DNA from: a virus
Direction: 5' to 3' (one strand)
DNA length: 64,000 nucleotides
IMG/VR virus record: IMGVR_UViG_3300045988_183785
Span: 305-64,304 of that record
How positions within the stretch are numbered: position 1 is the stretch's first letter; the number at the start of each line of letters is the position of its first letter. Of this stretch, positions 10,670 through 20,908 are shown in pieces. The translations under genes and the position numbers were made by a program. Below the pieces are notes generated by a model. That model was not told the DNA's origin, ran no database searches, and was given only the letters and a program-made list of their open reading frames with translations.

Positions 10670-11860
10670 ATGAAAAAGATGAAGAATTTTATCGCCCTGC
10701 TGCTGGCTCTGGTGATGACCATGAGTTTGATGGCCTGCGGCAACAAGACTGACGAGGAGACCAAGACCGGAGAGGATATCGGCTGTTACGTGCAGACCAC
10801 CGAGTCCGGTGAGAAGGTTCTGGTGGATAAGGACGGCAACGCCGTGACCGACTACACGCTGGACGACGAAGGCAATGTGGTGGACACGCAGGGCGTGGTG
10901 GTCGTCAAGGCGGCGGACATCACGGCTTACGAGAAGTCCGAGGAAAAGGATGCGGAGAACAAGACCGACGCATCCGAGGCAAATACTCAGAAGCCTGAGG
11001 ATACTGCGAAGCCCGATGGCGAGAACAAGTCCGACGCACAGAAGACGGACACCAAGGTAGATAACACCAAGAAGGACGAGACCAAGAAGGACGACGCCAA
11101 GCAGGAGACTCAGAAGCCTGCTGACGCCAAGCAGGACACCACGAAACCTGAGACCAAGCCCGAAACAAAGCCTGAGGTTAAGCCGGAGCCCCAGAAGCCC
11201 GCAGCACCCAGCTACGATAACGGTTCTCTGACCACCGCACAGGTGAAGGAACTCCAGCGCTGGTACGGCGTAAGCGCGGACGGTCAGTGGGGTGCAGGCT
11301 CCAAGAAGGCCGCCGGTGGCCGCACCGCTGATGAGGCGTGGGCATACTACCAGAGCAACAAGCAGATTACCACCCCCGAAAACCCCTCTGGCGGCAACAC
11401 TGGTAACACTGGCAACACTGGGAACACTGGAAATACCGGCAGCACAGGTAACTCTGGCGCTGGTAACACTGGAAACACCGGCTCTACCGGTTCCACGGGT
11501 GGCGGTTCCACGGCTCCCACTACGCCTTCTGAGCCCGCCAAACCCACCAAGGCGACCATTGATTGCGAACAGGCTATGAGAGTGGGTAACGCATATGCAG
11601 AAAGCCTTGGTTTTATGATTTGGGACGGAGCCACCGGGTATAATCCCCCCGTTTTCCTTGAGCGCGATTGTCCTGAGTCCTGCTGGAATCAGGAGTGGGT
11701 TGAGGCGACAATTAAGAGAAATATTGATTTCCTTGTAAGCCAGTTGGAAAAAGCTACGGGTGAGAAGCCTTCTGATGCACCTTATGGGTCTTATGCCGCT
11801 AACTGTGTCGTTCGGTGGAATGCCTCTGCCGGTTATCACGAAATTTATATCTACTATTAA
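10670..11860 (+). CDS. Lipoprotein with a K/E/T-rich low-complexity linker, a (GNT)n repeat and a putative peptidoglycan-binding-like segment
   Basis: Lipobox signal peptide MKKMKNFIALLLALVMTMSLMACG with an RBS (GAAAGGA) upstream. The ORF call began at 10649, but the ATG at 10670 fits the signal peptide better. There is a GNTGNTGNTGNTGSTGNSGAGNTGNTGSTGSTGGG repeat. The segment VKELQRWYGVSADGQWGAGSKKAA resembles PG_binding_1. Confidence 0.6.
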   Translation: MKKMKNFIALLLALVMTMSLMACGNKTDEETKTGEDIGCYVQTTESGEKVLVDKDGNAVTDYTLDDEGNVVDTQGVVVVKAADITAYEKSEEKDAENKTDASEANTQKPEDTAKPDGENKSDAQKTDTKVDNTKKDETKKDDAKQETQKPADAKQDTTKPETKPETKPEVKPEPQKPAAPSYDNGSLTTAQVKELQRWYGVSADGQWGAGSKKAAGGRTADEAWAYYQSNKQITTPENPSGGNTGNTGNTGNTGNTGSTGNSGAGNTGNTGSTGSTGGGSTAPTTPSEPAKPTKATIDCEQAMRVGNAYAESLGFMIWDGATGYNPPVFLERDCPESCWNQEWVEATIKRNIDFLVSQLEKATGEKPSDAPYGSYAANCVVRWNASAGYHEIYIYY

Positions 11861-11896
11861 GACAGATAAATGAGATGCCGCGAGATATAAACTAAG

Positions 11897-11940
11897 AACT
11901 CACAAGAAGGAGCACAGCGATAAGAGTCGCTGTGCTCCTT
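11897..11940 (+). terminator. Putative intrinsic terminator
   Basis: Hairpin AAGGAGCACAGCGA-TAAGAG-TCGCTGTGCTCCTT followed by a T-rich tract. Confidence 0.5.
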
Positions 11941-12222
11941 CTTTATACATAAGAGGAGAAGATTAAGATGGAAGCGAAATAAGTAAGAGATGAACCCAAA
12001 AAGTCAAAAGGGTGTCAGCAGGGGTTGATACCCTTTTCTTTTCTTCTTGAAATTTGTAGGTGCGGATGTGTTGACAATATGCGCGATTATGCTACCATAA
12101 AAACATGGAGGGCAATCCGCCTCCTTATATCATTCGTTTCAAATTGGCAATATTAAGAAATGAATAAATATAAGAGGGCTGATTTTCTCTAAATAATTCT
12201 TCATTGAAAGGAGACAAATACC

Positions 12223-15200
12223 ATGAAGCACAAGAAGGTACGTGGCGTTGTTGCTATGTTGCTGACGCTGGTGATGATGGTCGGAATGCTCCCGACATCC
12301 GTGTATGCGTCGGACGCGGATGGCGGCGGCAATTCGGTCGTCATCAAAAGTGTTTCTGACCCTGTGATGGTTGGAAAGACTGGTTCTGGCGACGGCGATT
12401 TGGTCTACAACGCCACAGAAGACACGAAGAATCCCGATGACAGCAAGAAGTCCGATTCTACCGTTGTTGAGGATGAGGTTAAGGGAGATGCCGATAAGAA
12501 GGACACCTCCAAAGAGAGCTCCTCTGAAAACGGGCAGGCTGCTCCGGGTGAAGCTAAATCTGAGACTGGTAAAGATGAGTCTGTCAAATCTTCCGTGACG
12601 GAGGAGGGACTTCAGGACCCCTACGCCGGAGAGAATACTCCTGTGAACGTTTCCATCCTTTACGGGTCTGCACAGAACGCCCCCAGAGCTATCAGTGCAA
12701 TGAGGGCTCCCGCTCGCGCATCGGGCACCATTACGACCGGTGACGACATGAGCTATAACAGCAAGTGGATGGCTGAGTTCGCACCCTATTCCAGTGCCGT
12801 TGTAAAATATTTCAACGGCCAGCCGGCGTACTGTATTGAACCCCACAAGGGTGCCCCCGGCGCGGGAACTTCCGTTGATGCCAGCGCGTATTGGGGAGAC
12901 CAGCGGGTTCGCCTCGCGCTTGCCTATGGCTACGGTGGGGCAGATGACTCAACGTTGCTCTGGTATGCTGGCAACGGCACCTATGCTTGGTGCGCCACAC
13001 AGGAAGTTATCTGGGAAATCGTCGGCGGCTACAGTGACCTGAGTGACCTGTTTGTGGGTCCCGGTCATGCTTATGACCCTGAAGTTGCTGTGCCCATCAA
13101 GGCGGCACACGATTATATCTGGGAGAAGATTAACCAGCAATCTATTATTCCAAGTTTTGCAGTATATACCCCTTTTGATAGCAGAAAGGATATTGAGCTT
13201 TCTTGGGACGGTTCTTCTTGGACAGCTACAAAAACCGATACCAACAGGGTTTTGAGAAATTTCGACGACTTTGAGTTTGGCCTGTCCGGTGTGAGCACCT
13301 TCCAGAGTGGAAACAATCTGACGATTACAGCCACACCGGAAGCTGCGAAGAGTATGCTGAACGGCATTGCGTCGTATGCTTCTGAGGGCAATGTGATTGA
13401 CCCCGACAGCGTCAATGCTTACCTTCTCGTCGCGGGTGGCAGCAAGCAGGACTGCGTTGCGCTGAACGGTTGGCCTGACCCCGTTACTGCTTACGTTCGC
13501 GCCAAGGTCACAAAGACTACCGGCGATTTGAACATTGCCAAGACCTCCGAGGATGGCAAGGTAGGCGGCGTGAGTTTCACGGTCACGGGCCCCAACGGTT
13601 ACAGCAAGACTGTGACCACTGGTGCAAACGGTAAGATTGCCATTACCGATTTGCAGCCCGGTACTTATACCGTAACGGAGAATACACCCGGCAATTACAT
13701 CCCGACGCAGCCCCAGTCCGTAAACATCGCAATCGGCGATTTTAAGACGGTGAACTTCAGCAACGTGCTGAAGAAGGGCGTTGTGAAGGTTACTAAGACC
13801 TCTGAGGATGGTCAGATTGCTGGTCACACCTTCCGTCTGTCCGGCACTTCCGCAGCAGGTACGGCTGTCAATATGACGGCTGTTACGGATGCCAACGGCG
13901 TGGCTACCTTCAATAATGTTCCTGTGGGCAACAACTATAAGCTGGAGGAAATCAACACCGCAGCGAAGTATGTTGTTCCTGCGGTGCAGGCTGGCGTGGT
14001 GGTTGAGTACAACACCAGCACCCCCGCTCAGTTTGAGAACAAGCTGGCTCGCGGCAATCTGAAAATCACGAAGACCTCCGAGGATGGCTTCGTGGCAGGC
14101 ATGACCTTCCGGCTGACCGGTACGTCTATCTCCGGTGCAGCAGTCAATGAAACTGCTTCTACCGACGAGAACGGTGTCGTCATGTTCAGAGAAATCCTTA
14201 TCGGTAATAACTATACCGTACAGGAAATCAACACCGCCGAGCGGTACGTTGTTCCCGCTGTCCAGAACAATGTGACCGTCACGCTCAACAATACCACCAG
14301 CTTGAACTTCCATAATAAGCTGGCTCGCGGCGCCGTTGAGGTTAAGAAGACCTCCGAGGACGGCAAGGTCGCTGGTATCACGTTCCGTCTGTCCGGTACT
14401 GCTATCAACGGCGAGACGGTGGATATGACCGCCGTGACCAATGACGCCGGAGTTGCCACCTTCAACAACGTTCTGATTGGCAACAACTACAGCGTTGAGG
14501 AAGTGAACACGGCTGCCAAGTATATCGTTCCCGCTGTGACAAACGGCGTGAAGGTTACTCTGGATAACACCACCCCCGTGAATGTCTACAACAAGCTCAA
14601 GCGCGGCGACCTGCGCGTTACCAAGACCTCTGAGGACGGCATGGTCGAGGGCATCACCTTCCGGCTGCATGGAACTGCCATCTCCGGCGATGCTGTTGAC
14701 CTGACTGCTACCACCAACGCTGACGGTATTGCCATCTTCAAGGATGTCCTGATTGGCAACAACTACACGCTGGAGGAAGTCGATACGGCGGTGAAGTATG
14801 TTATTCCTGCCGTGCAGACAGGTCTCGTTGTGGAGTTCCAGAAAGTTACCGACACCGCTGTGACCAACGTACTGAAGAAGTGGAAGGTCACTGTGGAGAA
14901 GACGGACGCCGAGACTGGCAACATCCCTCGCGGCGATGGTGTCTTTGAGGGTGCTGTGTACGGTCTCTATAAGGGTGACGAGCTGGTGAAGGAGTACGTT
15001 ATCGGCAGCGACGGTAAGTTTACCACTGACGAGTACATCTGCGGCTATGATTACACCATCCGTGAAATCAAGGCGCCCACTGGCTATCAGATTGATGAGG
15101 GCGTGTATCGCGTTGGCGCCGAGCCGGAGAACTACCGTATCGAACACAACGTTGCTCCCCAGATTACCTCTGTCGAGGTCATCAATCGCGGCACATTCGC

Positions 15201-17889
15201 CATCACCAAGTTCATCTCCGACGGGACCTCCGGTCCCGCTAAGTTCGAGGGCGGTGCAGAGTTCAAGTATTGGCTGCAGTCCGCCGGCTCTTACGAGAAC
15301 GCTAAGGATGACGAGCGCGGTATCCTGACGACCAACGACTTGGGCTACAGCGGCAAGTCCATCGAGCTGCCCTACGGCACCTATGTGGTGCATCAGACCA
15401 AGGCCGGCGATAAGGGGGCGGGGCTCGCGCCTGAGTTCACCGTTCTGGTCGGCGAGGTTGACCACGACCATCACGACTTGGCTGTCAACAACGGACCTAT
15501 TACCGCGTACCTGCGCGTTGTGAAGGTCGATGAGCTTGACGGCGAGGTCATTCCTTGGGGCGGCGCGAAGTTCCAGATTTACGACCCTGACGGGAACAAG
15601 GTGTCCCAGAAGGTCACTTACCCCACGGTAACTTATATTGATACATTCGAGACCAATGATGAGGGTTATTTTGTGACCCCGCTGGTTCTGCCTTACGGCG
15701 AGAACTATCATCTGGTCGAAATCGTACCCCCGAAGGGTTATGAGCTGATGGATACCCCGATTACCTTCAGCGTTACGCCCGATACCATTTCTCTGGATGC
15801 CGAGACCGGTCTGGTGACTGTGAATATCATCGCCGAGGACGAGGCGGTGACTCCCAAGGTCAAGACTACTGCAACCGACAAGGAAGGCAACAAGGAAATC
15901 GTTCCGTCCACCACCGTCACTATCGTCGATAAGGTGGAATGCACCGACGTTATCCCCAACAAGACCTATACGGTCGAGGGATATCTGGTGGTTAAGTCCA
16001 CCGGCGAGCCTCTGCTGGACGCCGAGGGTAATCGCATTACCGCCTCTAAGACCTTCAAGGCTGAAGCCGACTTCACTGGCTTTGTGGAGCTGGAGTTCAC
16101 CTTTGATGCGTCTCTGCTGGGTGGCGAGTCCATCGTTGTTTTCGAGGACCTGAAGCGCGGAAACCGTGTCGTTGCTACCCATGCTGACATCAACGATGTT
16201 GACCAGACCGTTGTAATCCTGAACCCCAAGATTGGCACCACGGCCAAGAACGCTGTTGGCGGCAAGGAGTTCATGCCTCTGGCTGATGTGATTCTGGTGG
16301 ATACCATCTCCTACGAGAATATGCCCGTGGGTAAGGAGTTCATCGCTATCGGTACGCTGATGGATAAGGCCACCGGCAAGCCCGTTACCGATGCCAACGG
16401 CGACCCCGTTACCTCTTACAAGGTGTTCACTCCCGAAGCTGCCACTGGTACGGTGGATGTGAAGTTCGTCTTTGACGCTTCCAAGCTGGCCGGCAAGTCT
16501 CTGGTGGTATTCGAGCGTGTGTATCTGGGCAACGAGATTGTTCCCGGCGACTCCAATAAACCCGTGTTTGTGAGTCACGAGGATATCAACGATGAGGGGC
16601 AGACCGTCACCATCGGCGTTCCCGAAATCGGTACAAAGGCCGTGAACAACGCCACCAATGGCAAGACCCTCGACCCCGAAGCCCGCGCTGAAATCAAGGA
16701 TACCGTGTCCTATAAGGGCCTGATTGCTGGAGAGAAGTACACTGTCTCCGGTAAGCTGATGAACAAGGCCACCAACGAGCCCCTGAAGGATAAGGACGGA
16801 AAGGAAATCACCTCCTCCGTTACCTTCACCGCTGAGGCGTCCAATGGCACCGTTGACGTGTTCTTCGTGCTCGATGCATCTCTGCTGCGTGGTCAGTCTA
16901 TCGTTGTATTCGAGTCCCTACAGTACAAGGACATTGAAATCGCAGTTCATGCCGACATCAACGATGTTGACCAGACTGTGACTGTCAATAGCCCTGAAAT
17001 CAAGACCACCGCTAAGAACGCTGCTGATGGCAAGAAGGAATTCTGGGCCTACAGCAAGGTCGAGCTGGTCGATACCGTGTCCTATAAGGGCCTGATTGCC
17101 GGCAATAAGTACACCGTAATCGGTAAGCTGATGGACAAGGCGACAGGTGAGCCTGTTCTGGGCCGCAACAACAAGGAAATCACCGCCACTACCGAGTTCG
17201 AGGCCAAATCCTCTGACGGCACTGTGGATGTGAGCTTCGTGTTTGATGCATCCATTCTGGGCGGTAAGACGCTGGTCGTGTTCGAGACCCTGACCCGCAA
17301 TGGCACTACGGTAGCGACTCACGCCGACATCAACGATGTTGACCAGACTGTGACCATCAAGCGCATCCCGACCTATTCCGGTCCGAGCATTTCCACCACC
17401 GCTACCTTCGATGGCAAGGAGAAGAAGAACTCCGTTGCTGGTAAGAACGTGAAAATCGTGGACACCGTCAACTATACCGGCCTGACTGTGGGCAAGACCT
17501 ACGTGCTGGTTGGTACGCTGATGGATAAGGATTCCGGTGTTGCCCTCAAGGACAATAAGGGGAATCTGGTAACGGCTACCACGACCTTTACGCCCAAGTC
17601 CTCCAACGGGGCTGTGAATGTTACGTTCAAGTTCGACGCATCCAAGCTGAAGGACCATGCGCTCGTGGTGTTCGAGACTCTGTATGAGGGTCGTGCTGAG
17701 GCGGGTAATGTCATTGCTACCCACAACGACCTGATGGACGGTGCCCAGACGGTGTATTTCCGCGACAGTGTCCAGACTGGCGATGAGGGCATCGGCCTGT
17801 GGGCCATGCTGGGTACGTTCAGTACCATTGCTTGCTGCGGCACTGCGGTGTTCATGTTCCGCCGCAAGAAGGAGTATGGCGCCGAGTAA
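12223..17889 (+). CDS. Thioester-domain (TQXA-type) surface adhesin with Cna-B-like repeats, 5 Thr-Gln ester-bond-type stalk repeats and a C-terminal sorting signal. It is a paralog of the upstream adhesin.
   Basis: RBS AAGGAGA, then a signal peptide MKHKKVRGVVAMLLTLVMMVGMLPTSVYASD. The N-terminal domain has Cys in YCIEPHKG and Gln in WCATQEVIWE, which is the Cys-Gln pair and TQxA-like motif of TED adhesins. There are about 8 KTSEDG Cna-B-like repeats, then VaFE/ester repeats with HADINDVDQTV motifs. The C-terminus reads SVQTGDEG, then a hydrophobic TM stretch, then FRRKKEYGAE. Confidence 0.85.
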   Translation: MKHKKVRGVVAMLLTLVMMVGMLPTSVYASDADGGGNSVVIKSVSDPVMVGKTGSGDGDLVYNATEDTKNPDDSKKSDSTVVEDEVKGDADKKDTSKESSSENGQAAPGEAKSETGKDESVKSSVTEEGLQDPYAGENTPVNVSILYGSAQNAPRAISAMRAPARASGTITTGDDMSYNSKWMAEFAPYSSAVVKYFNGQPAYCIEPHKGAPGAGTSVDASAYWGDQRVRLALAYGYGGADDSTLLWYAGNGTYAWCATQEVIWEIVGGYSDLSDLFVGPGHAYDPEVAVPIKAAHDYIWEKINQQSIIPSFAVYTPFDSRKDIELSWDGSSWTATKTDTNRVLRNFDDFEFGLSGVSTFQSGNNLTITATPEAAKSMLNGIASYASEGNVIDPDSVNAYLLVAGGSKQDCVALNGWPDPVTAYVRAKVTKTTGDLNIAKTSEDGKVGGVSFTVTGPNGYSKTVTTGANGKIAITDLQPGTYTVTENTPGNYIPTQPQSVNIAIGDFKTVNFSNVLKKGVVKVTKTSEDGQIAGHTFRLSGTSAAGTAVNMTAVTDANGVATFNNVPVGNNYKLEEINTAAKYVVPAVQAGVVVEYNTSTPAQFENKLARGNLKITKTSEDGFVAGMTFRLTGTSISGAAVNETASTDENGVVMFREILIGNNYTVQEINTAERYVVPAVQNNVTVTLNNTTSLNFHNKLARGAVEVKKTSEDGKVAGITFRLSGTAINGETVDMTAVTNDAGVATFNNVLIGNNYSVEEVNTAAKYIVPAVTNGVKVTLDNTTPVNVYNKLKRGDLRVTKTSEDGMVEGITFRLHGTAISGDAVDLTATTNADGIAIFKDVLIGNNYTLEEVDTAVKYVIPAVQTGLVVEFQKVTDTAVTNVLKKWKVTVEKTDAETGNIPRGDGVFEGAVYGLYKGDELVKEYVIGSDGKFTTDEYICGYDYTIREIKAPTGYQIDEGVYRVGAEPENYRIEHNVAPQITSVEVINRGTFAITKFISDGTSGPAKFEGGAEFKYWLQSAGSYENAKDDERGILTTNDLGYSGKSIELPYGTYVVHQTKAGDKGAGLAPEFTVLVGEVDHDHHDLAVNNGPITAYLRVVKVDELDGEVIPWGGAKFQIYDPDGNKVSQKVTYPTVTYIDTFETNDEGYFVTPLVLPYGENYHLVEIVPPKGYELMDTPITFSVTPDTISLDAETGLVTVNIIAEDEAVTPKVKTTATDKEGNKEIVPSTTVTIVDKVECTDVIPNKTYTVEGYLVVKSTGEPLLDAEGNRITASKTFKAEADFTGFVELEFTFDASLLGGESIVVFEDLKRGNRVVATHADINDVDQTVVILNPKIGTTAKNAVGGKEFMPLADVILVDTISYENMPVGKEFIAIGTLMDKATGKPVTDANGDPVTSYKVFTPEAATGTVDVKFVFDASKLAGKSLVVFERVYLGNEIVPGDSNKPVFVSHEDINDEGQTVTIGVPEIGTKAVNNATNGKTLDPEARAEIKDTVSYKGLIAGEKYTVSGKLMNKATNEPLKDKDGKEITSSVTFTAEASNGTVDVFFVLDASLLRGQSIVVFESLQYKDIEIAVHADINDVDQTVTVNSPEIKTTAKNAADGKKEFWAYSKVELVDTVSYKGLIAGNKYTVIGKLMDKATGEPVLGRNNKEITATTEFEAKSSDGTVDVSFVFDASILGGKTLVVFETLTRNGTTVATHADINDVDQTVTIKRIPTYSGPSISTTATFDGKEKKNSVAGKNVKIVDTVNYTGLTVGKTYVLVGTLMDKDSGVALKDNKGNLVTATTTFTPKSSNGAVNVTFKFDASKLKDHALVVFETLYEGRAEAGNVIATHNDLMDGAQTVYFRDSVQTGDEGIGLWAMLGTFSTIACCGTAVFMFRRKKEYGAE

Positions 17890-17934
17890 GCAGCTCATCA
17901 TATCATGTGGTGAGTAAACCCCAAAGTGAATGCA

Positions 17935-17970
17935 GGGGGCGCAGACCTTGTGCCTGCGCCCTCTGCTTTT
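17935..17970 (+). terminator. Putative intrinsic terminator
   Basis: GGGCGCAG-accttgtgc-CTGCGCCC followed by TGCTTTT. Confidence 0.5.
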
Positions 17971-18020
17971 ACAAATATAACAGTAGGGGAGAGCACCTTC
18001 CCGGAAAGAGAGAAAAGGAA

Positions 18021-18359
18021 ATGAAATACTGTAATAATTGTGGCAAAGAGGTCTCTGATAACGCTGTTGTCTGTCCTTTCTGCGGCTGCGCCGTGGCGAG
18101 CAAGAATGTCGAGGTGGACAAGCCTTCTACCGGTCTGAACATCCTGTCGTTCCTCATCCCGCTGGTTGGCCTGATTCTGTATCTGTCGTGGCAGAATTCG
18201 ACCCCCATTAAGGCGAAGGCGGTGGGGAAGTGGGCACTGATTGGATTCTGTGTGGCAGTCGGTCTGAGCATCCTTGGCACCATCCTTTCCGGCGCACTGA
18301 TTTCCAGTGTAGTTGGTGGATGGTATTCCGCTGTTGACACGGCATCAGTATTTAGCTGA
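18021..18359 (+). CDS. Zinc-ribbon domain membrane protein
   Basis: ATG at 18021 with RBS AAAGGA. The N-terminus has C-x2-C...C-x2-C (MKYCNNCGKEVSDNAVVCPFCGC), followed by 2-3 hydrophobic helices. Confidence 0.5.
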   Translation: MKYCNNCGKEVSDNAVVCPFCGCAVASKNVEVDKPSTGLNILSFLIPLVGLILYLSWQNSTPIKAKAVGKWALIGFCVAVGLSILGTILSGALISSVVGGWYSAVDTASVFS

Positions 18360-18453
18360 GATTTTGACTTCCGGCAGGAGAGTTAAAAACGCTTTATCTA
18401 AAAAGAGGAGAGGGAAGGTCCTCTCCTCTTTCAACAATGCAAAAGGTGAAAAA

Positions 18454-19176
18454 ATGGGGAAAAAAGCAAAACAAAACGAGGCGTGTTACGACAACAATGG
18501 GAACAAGGTCGAGGATAAAACGAGCGTCCTCCCGCGTATTTTCGTGCTGGCTGTAGTTGTTCTCGCTGGAATTCTACTTATCCTTTTGGCCGACTGCTAT
18601 GGATGGTTTGATTTTTTAGAAAAGCCCATGAATGCGGCGGGTCAGTTCTTGAAGGATAATTGGATGGAGGTATGGATAGGGCTTATAACTGTAGCACTTC
18701 TGCTTTGTTATCTTTCTTTCGAAATAGGCGGTGCAGTTTTCGCCAAGAAGCGTCGTCTTGAAATTGAGGCAAATGTAGTGGGAAGTGTTCCAATTTCACG
18801 TAAAGACTTTCTGCGTGATTGGGATTCCGCGCCCAGCCGGAGGGGGATGAATGCGTGTTCCAATGGAGCTTTGTTTGGATATAAATATGTCTTCTGTTCA
18901 GGTGTGTATGTGATTGCGGAGGTGGATGAATTGAATCGTTGTCTTAATGCGGTATTCATTGGTTCGTCCTCCGTCGGAGCGTGCTGCTCACGGGCGTATG
19001 CTCATCTTTCGTGCAAGGCTGCAGCTTCTGTCGCTGTGTGTGACGCTGTTCGGGCAGGATGTGAGCTTTATGTTGTGTTTGTTCCGTGTCAAGCAGAGTA
19101 TGTGAACGAAGTGAAAGGCGCTGTTAAAACATATCTTGAGAGCGCTTCTGAGCTCATAAGATTTGAAAATAGGTAG
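18454..19176 (+). CDS. Hypothetical membrane protein (Cys-rich C-terminus)
   Basis: ATG with an upstream GGTGA. Two predicted TM helices. No recognisable domain. The start site is uncertain. Confidence 0.4.
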   Translation: MGKKAKQNEACYDNNGNKVEDKTSVLPRIFVLAVVVLAGILLILLADCYGWFDFLEKPMNAAGQFLKDNWMEVWIGLITVALLLCYLSFEIGGAVFAKKRRLEIEANVVGSVPISRKDFLRDWDSAPSRRGMNACSNGALFGYKYVFCSGVYVIAEVDELNRCLNAVFIGSSSVGACCSRAYAHLSCKAAASVAVCDAVRAGCELYVVFVPCQAEYVNEVKGAVKTYLESASELIRFENR

Positions 19177-19285
19177 ACTCTTTATCGCAGGTAACTTTTG
19201 GGATAAAAAAGTTTTCGCAAAACACGCTGGTTTTCCGCCTTCTCACATGGTAGAATAATTAAAAACAAAGAAGAGGAGTTTTCAA

Positions 19286-20797
19286 ATGCCGATGGATGCC
19301 GATTACGCGCTCTTGAAGAAGTGGAGCAACTGGTTCGACCGGAAAAACGGCAGCGGTTATGGGCCAGCAAACATATTGCAGCGGAGAACGATGAACACTG
19401 CAATCGTAACTGTGAGTACACTGCAAAACATTCCTTTTACTGAGTTATCTTCTTCGCTGTACTTCTTTTGTAGTGATATAGATAGCAAGGAGTTCTCTCG
19501 TCTGTATGAGTCTCAGGTGGAGTTGGCCGGTGCCAACCCTGACAAGTTTATCAAGGGCCTTCACAGCTTTTTCAATTCCATGGCCAAGAGAATCAAGAAC
19601 GAATCCGAATACGCCCTGTTCTTTGATTTTCTCATGGCTGCATCTCGCCTTCTTTTTACCGCAAAGGAAGAAAAACAATCTAACATCAACATTGATGTGG
19701 TGTACTGTTACTTCAGTATCCTCCTTCAGCAGACGGAATACCTGCGTCCCGATAAGTTCGACTTAACCAAAGTCGTCTGCGGTTTGAAAACGACCGGCGA
19801 ACTGTTGGTCATGGAAGATACCTACCCCTTCTTGGATAAGCCTGCTTTTGAGTTGGAGCGCCGGAATCTTGATGGAAAGGTTCGTTCCCCCATGGAGCTG
19901 GATGCCCAAATCAAGGAAATCTATAGCAAGTGGGGATATGGCTACATCCAAAATAAGGAGGATTTGGAGCGCTACACGCAGGTAGACAGGATTTTCTCCA
20001 ACCAAATAGCGGGTATGGCTGCGCTCATCAATGAATACACCTTCGACATACTTCCACAGCATTGCTTTTCTGCCATCGCAAATAAGTTCTTTTCCGTTGT
20101 TGCGCTGCCTCCGATGCTGCCTGATGAGATGCATGAGCTGCTGCGGACGAAACGAAGTTCGACGCTTCCTGCCAACGGCGCAGTGTTTGAATTTGCAAGC
20201 GAGAAGGATATCATCCGGAAAGTCTTGCTCAAGGAAACTCTATACGGCGATTCCATCTATATGCTTTACCGTCTGGATACCAGCGAGGGGGACTTGAGTG
20301 GGTACTATGATACTAAGACTGGGTTCTTCTTTTCGATTTTTCTCGATTCAGAAGATAGAGTCATCTACGGGAACATAAGGCGGCTCGTTTTAACTCTCTA
20401 TGCCTGTGCCGTAACGCGCAAAGGTCCAGAACTGCTGTCGCAACTAAGCAGCCATGTCAAGTATCTGTCCCTCGACAATAATGGCGTCCGGAAATTCGAT
20501 GAGGTATCCATGAGCTACTACGGTCGCGGAGGACGCCTCAGGAACGTCTACGACGGCGCGGAAGCGGCAGGGAAGGGTGGATACACCCGTAAGGGCGACG
20601 AAGCCTATGAGGAGGCTCCCAGAGCCATTCAGGGCTTTATCCGAAAGGTGGGCGAGGGGAGAACGCCGTCCCGTGAGGCGGTGGAGTACGCGGAGGCTCT
20701 TGGGTACTCCCTCGCGCCTGACGAAACCTATGTAAAGCCATTCATCCGTAGAGTTCTTCGCCTGAAGCAAAAGGAAGCTGAGAACACAAATGGATAA
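19286..20797 (+). CDS. Hypothetical protein (503 aa)
   Basis: Clean ORF with RBS GAGGAG 8 nt upstream of the ATG. No recognisable domain. Confidence 0.5.
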   Translation: MPMDADYALLKKWSNWFDRKNGSGYGPANILQRRTMNTAIVTVSTLQNIPFTELSSSLYFFCSDIDSKEFSRLYESQVELAGANPDKFIKGLHSFFNSMAKRIKNESEYALFFDFLMAASRLLFTAKEEKQSNINIDVVYCYFSILLQQTEYLRPDKFDLTKVVCGLKTTGELLVMEDTYPFLDKPAFELERRNLDGKVRSPMELDAQIKEIYSKWGYGYIQNKEDLERYTQVDRIFSNQIAGMAALINEYTFDILPQHCFSAIANKFFSVVALPPMLPDEMHELLRTKRSSTLPANGAVFEFASEKDIIRKVLLKETLYGDSIYMLYRLDTSEGDLSGYYDTKTGFFFSIFLDSEDRVIYGNIRRLVLTLYACAVTRKGPELLSQLSSHVKYLSLDNNGVRKFDEVSMSYYGRGGRLRNVYDGAEAAGKGGYTRKGDEAYEEAPRAIQGFIRKVGEGRTPSREAVEYAEALGYSLAPDETYVKPFIRRVLRLKQKEAENTNG

Positions 20798-20908
20798 GCG
20801 AAAAAGACCGGTGGTGAGCCCATCGGTCTTTTTTTCAAAAAAGGAAGCAACCCTTGGGCTGTTTCCTGAGAAATTTTAATTTTGAAATGTATTTGTCTTT
20901 GCAGGTTG

